A DNA stretch of 64,000 nt from a bacterium (GTDB taxonomy: Bacteria > Krumholzibacteriota > Krumholzibacteriia > G020349025). The stretch covers positions 1 to 64,000 of the forward strand of contig JANLSU010000050.1 in NCBI GenBank assembly GCA_031362565.1, read 5' to 3'. Positions 1 to 6,746 of the stretch are shown in pieces (the stretch's first letter is position 1; each line of letters begins with the position of its first letter). The notes below the pieces were generated by a model, which made no database searches, had not been told where the DNA came from, and saw only the letters and a list, made by a program, of their open reading frames with translations. A program made the position numbers and the translations under genes.

Positions 1-51
1 CCGAGCGAGTCGACCTTCGCAGGGCCGCGTCCTGAGTGCATTCCGGGGAAA

Positions 52-73
52 AACGGTAGCAGGAACGGTAGCA
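52..73. repeat. Direct repeat AACGGTAGCA x2 (12-bp period) upstream of tRNA-Arg; possible recombinase arm-type site
   Basis: AACGGTAGCA at 52-61 and 64-73; function is inferred. Confidence 0.45.
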
Positions 74-147
74 AACTCGAAGTTTCCACAGTGGCCGAGG
101 GAGTCCCGATGCGCTATCCTCTCCGCTCACAAGCGCTTACCTTAGGC

Positions 148-224
148 GCGGCTGTAGCTCAGTTGGATAGAGCAGCGGACTTCTAATCCGCAGGTCGCTG
201 GTTCGAGTCCAGCCAGCCGCGCCA
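148..224 (+). tRNA. tRNA-Arg(TCT)
   Basis: Full cloverleaf: acceptor GCGGCTG/CAGCCGC, D-arm GCTC..GAGC, anticodon arm GCGGA-CT TCT AA-TCCGC, T-loop TTCGAGT, encoded CCA. Confidence 0.98.
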
Positions 225-251
225 CTCGATCAAGCTTAGGATGTGAATGGG

Positions 252-470
252 CTATGACGCTTTGAGGACGAACGTCTCGACCTCGAGGTCGTTCGTCGTG
301 GAGCCGGGCTCGACGTGTAGAACTTCGAACCCGATGACGCGGTTGTTGATGTCCTTCATGACGACGACTTCGTCGTTGGTTCCCTCGCAGATGTGTTCTC
401 GCGACGGATCGTCCAGCCACACGGTGAGTGTGTGGCCTACCGCATCATAGATTACTTTGATCTTGCCCAT
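252..470 (-). CDS. DUF2283-like small protein (putative antitoxin), copy 1
   Basis: 72 aa MGKIKVIYDAVGHTLTVW...VVVMKDINNRVIGFEVL; 66/72 aa identical to 4377-4595. Confidence 0.8.
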   Translation of the reverse strand: MGKIKVIYDAVGHTLTVWLDDPSREHICEGTNDEVVVMKDINNRVIGFEVLHVEPGSTTNDLEVETFVLKAS

Positions 471-1043
471 ACCGTCTCTCCGGACTTGATCGAGGCGGTG
501 GGGTACGCTGTGATCAGAAACCCCGACCCATCCTCGCGACGGGCAACTGCACACAGCCAGCGTGGTGCGTCACCTTGGTAGAAGAGAAGCACGTTGTGAT
601 CCTTGCGACTGCGGCGAATCTCGTCCGGCTCTGCTAGAACGCGCGCGATGTCCCGTTCGCGCCCCGCTAGCGTAGGATGCTTCCGCACTGAGCGTACGCC
701 ACCTCCCAAACACCGGCGGCGGACTCGACGCATTGGAGCGCTGCGTGAGGCGACAATGCCCAGCTGTTGACTTGCAAGTCCAGCCGCCCGACGACTGGCA
801 CGCGAGGTAATCCCGGGCAGTCGGCAGAGGTGCGCGCAGATCGCAGCACACGCCCGAGCGGAACGACTGCACAAGACTCGTGGTCTGACCCCATTTTGGG
901 CGACAGCTAGGCCGCGCACGTGCTGCAACCCGCCGGGATCCAAGCCGGGAGGCGGCGCACGCGCGCAACGCGGTTGGTCGGCCCGTGCATCGCACGACAA
1001 ATTGGAATGGGGTCATCACCTCGAAAAGCACGGTGCCGGCCAA
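452..1043 (-). pseudogene. Putative toxin partner of the DUF2283-like gene, split by a ~300-bp insertion (about 683-983)
   Basis: N-part MAGTVLFEVMTPFQFVVRCT (984-1043, GGAG RBS) and C-part KHPTLAGRERDIARVLAEPDEIRRSRKD...FLITAYPTASIKSGETVWARSK (452-682) lie in different frames; the stop overlaps the DUF2283 start region. Confidence 0.6.
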
Positions 1044-1072
1044 TGGATCTCCGTTCGTGTCGAGCGGAACGC

Positions 1073-1159
1073 CTACTTTCGGCCTCGCAAGACTTTGATC
1101 GCTGTTCGGGTATTGGAGCGCTTCATCCCGGCCGTGCGGGCCTGACTGCGAGCCTCGAT
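1073..1159 (-). pseudogene. 3' remnant of an AbrB/MazE-type antitoxin gene
   Basis: Translates as IEARSQARTAGMKRSNTRTAIKVLRGRK*, homologous to the C-terminus AEARRQARKAGMKRSDIKSAISTVRKRK* of 3842-4105. Confidence 0.7.
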
Positions 1160-1294
1160 TTGAATGGTTCGCAAATCGTGCAGACCGGATAAGAAATTCC
1201 TACGTGTCGCCATGAGGGACACGCGCGGTGGGAAGCTGGCACAAAGACACTCCGCCGATATTCGGGCGGGGCAGAGGTTGTTTCGCGCGCCCGG

Positions 1295-2932
1295 CTACGG
1301 CGGGCAACTTCCTCCCCGCGTCAAGCTGTACGCGAGGGCTGCGTCGTTGCAAGCGTCTTCGTACACGGCATTGATCGTGAGGGTACTGGCGTCGACAATC
1401 CCCCGCCCCGTCGTGGTGCAGACGATGATCTCCGCATCGCAGCCGCACCGAACGCCAAAGAACCCTTCGAGGCTGACTCCGAGGAGTTGGCTGCCGGACA
1501 GCGTGGCCAGCAACCTCGCGGTCCCTCCGGCAATGTGAATCGTGCCGGAGATGGCGTTCTGGTTCTGGCTGATGATTGCGCAGACCGGTACCACGGTTGT
1601 CCCGGATGGACCGCTCATGGTGACGGACCCCGTCCAGGTGCCGGTGAGATCGTCGCCGCTACTGCTTCCGACGCCGCGGACACACACATCAGTCGCGGTC
1701 GTCGTGCCCGGCGACACGAGGCAGGCCGTTACGTTGACGAAGAGAACACCCCCGCGGGTTGCGGCAATGACAGTGGTGTATTGCCCCTGCGAGTTGGTGA
1801 AGCCGATTGGCTGCTGGATTTCGATGCCGTCGCCGGTGAGCTGTACCGCGAAGGGAGCGCCCTGCGATTCCGCCTGCCCGTTGAACAACAGCCCAAACTG
1901 GATATCGAGCGAGTGCGGAAACCCGACCTGGAGATTGCTCGGGATCACGATGGTGTCGACGACGGGGCGCGCGCAGAGATCGCGTAGGATCGTCTCGCGA
2001 TCGAGGCGGTTGGCCACGGAATCGAATCCAAAACGCGCCGCCTGCTTCTGCCAGAAGAGGACGTTCGCAAGCGACGCGAGGCTTTGTTGATCTCCGCAGC
2101 GCTGGTTATTGCGGGCGATAGCCTCCCGGAGCTTCGGCGCAATGGCAGCGTGGGCCTGCGCGGTTGCCGCGACATCGTCGAAGGTGGCAAAGAGGGAAGA
2201 ACCCAGCACAAGCCGTGTTTCGTCCTTCCACATGATGAATTGGCCGATCGCGGCGGCGAGTTGGACGTCATTCGAGGCCTGCTCGATCGCAGGCAGTACA
2301 TCGCTCGCAAAGCACGAACGGTACGTTGCGAAGAGAGTGGGGAGGTCCGCCACCCCGACGGCGGCCGCCAGACACGGCGCCCCTTGGACCAGTATGAGGC
2401 GCGCGAGTTCCTGCGCAGTCGCAAACCCGACGGTGCCGCCGCTGAAATGCGTCATGGGCACGGTGAATCTCCCCGCGCCGGATCCCGCGAACGACGGCTC
2501 GAACGACGTCCCGTTGCCCGAAAACAGGATCGCCATCGGAACGCTGCCAGCATCGGGGGTTTTCGTGGTCGCAATTTCAAGGGTCACCGGGGCCGCGAAC
2601 ACCGTGCCCGACGGCTTGAGTTCCACGCCACCGACCACCCCGCCGGCAAGTGGATAGCCGTCGATGGCGGTGATGGGCGTCATCGTGATGGTGCTGCCGA
2701 TTGCGATGGCATCCACCGGGATGGTCAGCGTGTACACGGTGCCATCGTCGGCCGTGGTCTGGAGCGTGCCGCCTGCCGGGCCAATGCTGCCCGAGGCAGT
2801 ATTCGTGGTTTCGCGCGTAACATGATCGGGCTCCGGTTCGGGGGGGGGCGACACATCGTCGCCGCAGGAGACCAGCGCGAGAGCCGGCAGCAGAGCGGCA
2901 AAGCGGGCGCAACGGGCGAAGAAAGACCTCAT
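1295..2932 (-). CDS. Lipoprotein with N-terminal ZU5-like region (islet cargo)
   Basis: ATG at 2932 after AAGGA; lipobox ALVSC; SIGPAGGTL..TLTIP..ELKPSGTVFAAPVTL pattern; 545 aa. Confidence 0.75.
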   Translation of the reverse strand: MRSFFARCARFAALLPALALVSCGDDVSPPPEPEPDHVTRETTNTASGSIGPAGGTLQTTADDGTVYTLTIPVDAIAIGSTITMTPITAIDGYPLAGGVVGGVELKPSGTVFAAPVTLEIATTKTPDAGSVPMAILFSGNGTSFEPSFAGSGAGRFTVPMTHFSGGTVGFATAQELARLILVQGAPCLAAAVGVADLPTLFATYRSCFASDVLPAIEQASNDVQLAAAIGQFIMWKDETRLVLGSSLFATFDDVAATAQAHAAIAPKLREAIARNNQRCGDQQSLASLANVLFWQKQAARFGFDSVANRLDRETILRDLCARPVVDTIVIPSNLQVGFPHSLDIQFGLLFNGQAESQGAPFAVQLTGDGIEIQQPIGFTNSQGQYTTVIAATRGGVLFVNVTACLVSPGTTTATDVCVRGVGSSSGDDLTGTWTGSVTMSGPSGTTVVPVCAIISQNQNAISGTIHIAGGTARLLATLSGSQLLGVSLEGFFGVRCGCDAEIIVCTTTGRGIVDASTLTINAVYEDACNDAALAYSLTRGGSCPP

Positions 2933-3237
2933 GGCTCGTCCTTTGGTGCGGGGCAGGCCCACCACCGGCGGTCCGCTGGTTGAGAGAGAGAGACAGTCTA
3001 CCGCGCTGCCGTAGAGAAACGCGAGTGGCGAATTCGGCGCAGAGAGAACCGGGGTCGTTCGCGGGCGATCAGCCGCGCGGGCACCGGCCCCGTAAAGCGC
3101 GAATTCCCTGAAGAGTCGCCCATCGGCCCCCGGTCCAGCGTTCCGAGTCTCGACGGGAGTTCGAATAGCGTCAGCTACGGGAGCCAGTTCAATGGGCTCG
3201 AACCGGTCCGGTGTTCGCTCTGTGCTGATCGCTTCCT

Positions 3238-3373
3238 TGCTTGTCCCTTGCATGTCCACCACGCGGCACGGGCCGGGATGGAAGGGGACGAGCCGGGAAG
3301 ACGACCGTCGTAACTGCAAACGTGGTAACGCGAGGCGGGATGGGCCGGGATCAGCAGCGACGGCGCTCCCACA
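3238..3373 (+). repeat. att arm A (136 bp): TGCTTGTCC/TGCATGTCC direct repeat plus 10-bp-phased GG(G/C)A boxes
   Basis: Gapless alignment with 4169-4304 at roughly 60% identity and identical distance to the core. Confidence 0.8.
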
Positions 3374-3421
3374 ACTTCTAATCCGCAGGTCGCTGGTTCG
3401 AGTCCAGCCAGCCGCGCCACT
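3374..3421 (+). repeat. att core: exact copy of the tRNA-Arg 3' half (179-226)
   Basis: 48-bp identity ACTTCTAATCCGCAGG...GCCGCGCCACT, starting in the anticodon arm. Confidence 0.95.
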
Positions 3422-3434
3422 TCGGGTCGCAAGT

Positions 3435-3845
3435 TCATTCGCGTTTCAAAGACCGATCCAAGAACGTCCGTGGCGTGACAACTCGCACACCGGCGAAACC
3501 ATTGACGCGAAGTAGGGCGCGATCGCCACTTACGATCATGGATACGCCGCCGGCGATCGCGCAGGCGAGGAACTTGTCGTCGTCCGGGTCGGTGCAGACC
3601 GGTTCGGATAGATCGTGGGCCGCAACGAAGTCCGCGGTGACGAGGACCAGACGGAGAAGCTCGCTCGGGTTGACGTGTTGGTACTTGCGCGCGAGTTCCG
3701 CAGTGACCTGTTCATACTCATCGAAGATCGACCGAGAGACGACGAGCGTGATCCGGCGATCACGCCACGCCTCAAGGATCCGGGCCGGCGGCCCGCCAAA
3801 GAAGATCCCGGACACGAAGACGTTCGTATCGAGGACGATTCTCAC
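3435..3845 (-). CDS. PIN-domain (VapC-like) toxin
   Basis: MRIVLDTNVFVS ... DPDDDKFLACA ... IVSGDRALL. Confidence 0.92.
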   Translation of the reverse strand: MRIVLDTNVFVSGIFFGGPPARILEAWRDRRITLVVSRSIFDEYEQVTAELARKYQHVNPSELLRLVLVTADFVAAHDLSEPVCTDPDDDKFLACAIAGGVSMIVSGDRALLRVNGFAGVRVVTPRTFLDRSLKRE

Positions 3846-4105
3846 TTGCGTTTCCGCACCGTGCTGATCGCGGACTTGATGTCGGAGCGCTTCATCCCTG
3901 CCTTGCGGGCCTGACGCCGCGCTTCCGCCACGAGATCATCGAAGTCCGCCATCGACGGTGGAGTGATCTCCTTGAGAATGACAACGTCGCCGCCCCCGAC
4001 AACAAGAAACTGTGTTCCAGTGCGCAACCCCATCTCCTTGCGGATGTCCTCTGGAATGACAATCTGGCCTTTCGAGGACATCTTGGTCGTTGCGAGCTTG
4101 CCCAC
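3842..4105 (-). CDS. AbrB/MazE/SpoVT-family antitoxin
   Basis: GTG after AAGGAGG; TKMSSKGQIVIPEDIRKEMGL; 4-bp overlap with the PIN gene. Confidence 0.9.
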   Translation of the reverse strand: MGKLATTKMSSKGQIVIPEDIRKEMGLRTGTQFLVVGGGDVVILKEITPPSMADFDDLVAEARRQARKAGMKRSDIKSAISTVRKRK

Positions 4106-4168
4106 GCAAACCTCCTTCAATTTGACACCAGCTGTGATCTTACCAGTAAGCCTGCCAGGTGTCCACCG

Positions 4169-4304
4169 TGCTTGTCCCTTGCTTGTCTGCCAGGCGGCAG
4201 GAGGAGGGACCTGAAGGCACGGGGCGGGAGCGCAAGCGCCAGAAGCGCAGACAGGGCAATGTGATGCGGGACATTGGAGGACGTTCCGGGACGAACGCCA
4301 CCCA
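4169..4304 (+). repeat. att arm B (136 bp)
   Basis: Begins TGCTTGTCCCTTGCTTGTC, gapless homolog of arm A. Confidence 0.8.
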
Positions 4305-4359
4305 ACTTCTAATCCGCAGGTCGCTGGTTCGAGTCCAGCCAGCCGCGCCACTCGATCAA
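4305..4359 (+). repeat. att core: exact copy of the tRNA-Arg 3' half plus flank (179-233)
   Basis: 55-bp identity. Confidence 0.95.
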
Positions 4360-4376
4360 CATGGGTGTGATTCGGA

Positions 4377-4595
4377 CTACGACGCCTTGAGGACGAACGT
4401 CTCGACTTCGAGGTTGTTCGTTGCGGAGCCGGGCTCGACGTGCAGAACTTCGAACCCGATGACGCGGTTGTTGATGTCCTTCATGACGACGACTTCGTCG
4501 TTGGTCTCTTCGCACACGTGTTCTCGTGACGGATCATCCAGCCAAACCGTAAGCGTGTGGCCGACCGTGTCGTAGATTACTTTGATCTTGTCCAT
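4377..4595 (-). CDS. DUF2283-like small protein, copy 2
   Basis: 72 aa paralog of 252-470; only the last codons of its partner gene survive (GETIWTRSK*, 4577-4606). Confidence 0.8.
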   Translation of the reverse strand: MDKIKVIYDTVGHTLTVWLDDPSREHVCEETNDEVVVMKDINNRVIGFEVLHVEPGSATNNLEVETFVLKAS

Positions 4596-4624
4596 ATCGT
4601 CTCTCCGTTCGGCATACGAACCTC

Positions 4625-4849
4625 TCAGTGATAGTCGTCGATCTCGACGTCCAAGACATTCCTGTCAGCCCTTCGAAAGCAAATCCGCCATTGGTCGTTG
4701 ATCCGAATGCTGTGCTGCCCGGCACGGTCCCCGGCAAGCCTTCCCAGCCGGTTCCCTGGAGATGCACGAAGGTCGTCCAGGGTCGTGGCCGCGTCGAGTT
4801 GGGTAAGCTTGCGAAGCGCCGCACGATGGATCGACGCCGGAAGCCTCCG
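4625..4849 (-). pseudogene. HigB/RelE-family toxin (plasmid maintenance killer type), 5'-truncated
   Basis: RRLPASIHRAALRKL..LDDLRASPGNRL..GQHSIRINDQWRICF..VEIDDYH; N-terminus replaced by the arm relic at 4853; no HigA follows. Confidence 0.75.
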
Positions 4850-4852
4850 TTT

Positions 4853-4904
4853 TGCTTGTCCACGCGGCCGGACGCCCGGGGATCCCACGGGTTGGGGCGG
4901 GACG
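4853..4904 (+). repeat. Arm relic C (no tRNA core)
   Basis: TGCTTGTCC followed by 10-bp-phased GG(G)A boxes that align without gaps to arm A from 3249. Confidence 0.55.
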
Positions 4905-4955
4905 AAGCCCGTGCGTGTGCGTTTGCGCCCCGGCCACATTCACGGCCACCGACGG

Positions 4956-5414
4956 CTAGTCGCCGCTCTGCATCATCTCGGTCATGCGGCGCCGCATTTC
5001 CGCGGGCGACACGTGTTCGACGATCGCACAGATCGTCCACTTGTTGCCGCCGGGGTCCTTCACTGTGGCCGAGCGGTATCCATAGAACTGGTTCTTCGGT
5101 TCAGTCACCGACTTCGCGCCCGAGGCCAGCGCGCGCCCGTAGGTGACGTCGACCGCGTCGCCGTCTTCAACGTAATACGATAGCGATGCCGGCATTGCGT
5201 CCATGCCCTGCGCCGGGTTCGCCTCGCCGAACATCACGACCGAGTCGCCAATCATCATCTCGCAATGGGCGATCGTGCCGCTGGGCGCGTCGTAGCGGTC
5301 GACAACCTTGCCGCCGAACGCCTTCTTTAGGAACTCGAGAACTTCGGTCGCGTTGGGCACGGCGAAGCCTGGAGTGACAGTATGATGACCGGCAGGCTTG
5401 GGAAACTTGGACAT
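4956..5414 (-). CDS. VOC/glyoxalase (PhnB-like) family protein
   Basis: HTVTPGFAV..EFLKKAFG..AHCEMMIGDSVVM..QFYGYRSATVKDPGGNKWTI; GGAGG RBS. Confidence 0.9.
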   Translation of the reverse strand: MSKFPKPAGHHTVTPGFAVPNATEVLEFLKKAFGGKVVDRYDAPSGTIAHCEMMIGDSVVMFGEANPAQGMDAMPASLSYYVEDGDAVDVTYGRALASGAKSVTEPKNQFYGYRSATVKDPGGNKWTICAIVEHVSPAEMRRRMTEMMQSGD

Positions 5415-5530
5415 GACGTCCTCCACGGGTGAAGGGTTCGTGAGCGCGGGTAGTATAGACCTCGCACCTGGCCGTCCGCGACCGCGCCGCCCGGTCCGCC
5501 CTATGGACCACCCCGGGGCGCGTCGGTCGA

Positions 5531-5592
5531 TGCTCGTTGCCTGCTTATCTACCCGGCGGCAACGGAGGGGAATTGAACGGAGAGGGCAAGCG
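5531..5592 (+). repeat. Arm relic D (no tRNA core)
   Basis: TGCTTATCTACCCGGCGGCAACGGAGGGGAATTGAA aligns without gaps to arm B TGCTTGTCTGCCAGGCGGCAGGAGGAGGGACCTGAA. Confidence 0.65.
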
Positions 5593-5599
5593 ATCATGG

Positions 5600-6061
5600 T
5601 CAGGCTGCGTGGTCGCGGAGGTAGTCGAGGCTTCCTGGCAGGTCGCGGATGAGCCGGAGAAACATGTCCATCGCCGCTGTCTGAACGTTGCGTCCCGACT
5701 CCCATCTCGACACCGTATTGGCACCGAGTCTCAAGAGATGCGCGAGACCCGCCTGCGTCAACGTGAAGTGCTCTCGGATCGCCCGGATCTCATCGGCCGA
5801 CAGGAGTCCATGTTTCTTCCGATAGATCGCGATCGCGTCTTCGTGGAGCCGCTTCGCTTCCTGAAATCGAAGAACGACCTCGCCGCACTTCGAACACCGG
5901 AGGTGAGACGCCGACGGGACGCTGACCTCTTCACCGTTCACGGGGAGTCGCAGCGATCGTCGCGCTTCCTTCATCATGGCGCCGCACGACGGGCATGCGT
6001 CGTTCGGTAGGATCCGTCCTCGGGTTGGCACGCTGTCAGGCCGCCCCTTGGTGTTTCTCAT
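5600..6061 (-). CDS. MqsA-family antitoxin (zinc ribbon + HTH)
   Basis: CPSCG...CSKCGE zinc ribbon; LTQAGLAHLLRLGANTVSRWESG HTH. Confidence 0.88.
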   Translation of the reverse strand: MRNTKGRPDSVPTRGRILPNDACPSCGAMMKEARRSLRLPVNGEEVSVPSASHLRCSKCGEVVLRFQEAKRLHEDAIAIYRKKHGLLSADEIRAIREHFTLTQAGLAHLLRLGANTVSRWESGRNVQTAAMDMFLRLIRDLPGSLDYLRDHAA

Positions 6062-6380
6062 CGCCACCACCTTCATCCTCATGCAGTGAAACGATCACAC
6101 ATTCGCCGCGAAGGATCAGCTTCAGGTACACCGTCTCATGGCCAATCTGGGGCTTGAATACGTACATCCATTCCCCGGTCGTCCTAGACCTATGCCGGCC
6201 GGCAAAGTCGCTTGCGATCAAACCTAGCAGGACCTGGCGCACGTCCTCCGGATCGAGCCCTGCCTCGAGTGCTGCCAGTTCTCGGCTCGCTTTGGCGGTC
6301 ATCCGAATCGTGCCTGCGCGTGCGCGGGCACAGATGCCGGCAAGGATTTTGGGTAGCCACGTCGACAAGTCGCCAGTCAA
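6036..6380 (-). CDS. MqsR-like toxin (start uncertain)
   Basis: Upstream of and overlapping mqsA-like gene; EWMYVFKP...YLKLIL...VIVSLHE. Confidence 0.7.
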   Translation of the reverse strand: MTGDLSTWLPKILAGICARARAGTIRMTAKASRELAALEAGLDPEDVRQVLLGLIASDFAGRHRSRTTGEWMYVFKPQIGHETVYLKLILRGECVIVSLHEDEGGGDEKHQGAA

Positions 6381-6419
6381 CCTTATAAGTAATTATGCAT
6401 ATGGTTAGTCAGCCGTCAA
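6378..6419 (-). promoter_or_regulatory. Sigma70-like promoter of the MqsRA-like operon overlapped by an AT-rich imperfect palindrome (candidate operator)
   Basis: Minus strand TTGACG-N16-CATAAT; plus strand CAACCTTATAAGTAATTATGCATATGGTTAG. Confidence 0.55.
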
Positions 6420-6746
6420 GGGCCGAGAATTCGAACGGCGCCCTTGCCCGGAAGTCACTGCGGCACGGCATTTGATCCGGCGCGCGGGCGCAGTTCCCCA
6501 TGCATGCGGGGCGCCGTCAGCGGAGAAACGGAGGAATCTGGTGCTGCGATGCTCGTTATCGCTCGAGGTTCCCTTACCGGGCTCCAAGAAGCGCAATCGA
6601 CGTTTACAGAAGATGTCGGCGAACGGGTCGAAAGGGCGTTGCACGCCTCCGGCGCCGCTCGCACCAGCGGGTCTGACGGCATAGCCGCCATTTGGGATGC
6701 TCCGAGTGAGGCTGGCGAGCCGGGGTTGGCGACAAGTTCGAAAGCG

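Larger units (their letters stand above)
225..6420. mobile_element. Tandem array of integrase-less islets/cassettes accreted at tRNA-Arg(TCT); right boundary approximate
   Basis: Two exact repeats of the tRNA 3' half, four related arm sequences, duplicated and truncated TA genes, all genes on the minus strand. Confidence 0.75.

Noticed and set aside
2933..3319. N-terminal extension of the 674-aa ORF (likewise the extensions to 4351, 5705, 40944 and 45278)
   Set aside because: Extensions run through att arms, intergenic DNA or opposite-strand genes; better starts with RBS or family-typical N-termini lie downstream.
3374..4359. Additional tRNA-Arg genes at 3374 and 4305
   Set aside because: They lack the 5' acceptor strand and D-arm; they are att-type half copies, not functional tRNAs.
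179..4359. CRISPR array or classical integron
   Set aside because: Repeats are tRNA-derived with kb-scale gene-containing spacers; no cas genes, intI or recognisable attC palindromes.
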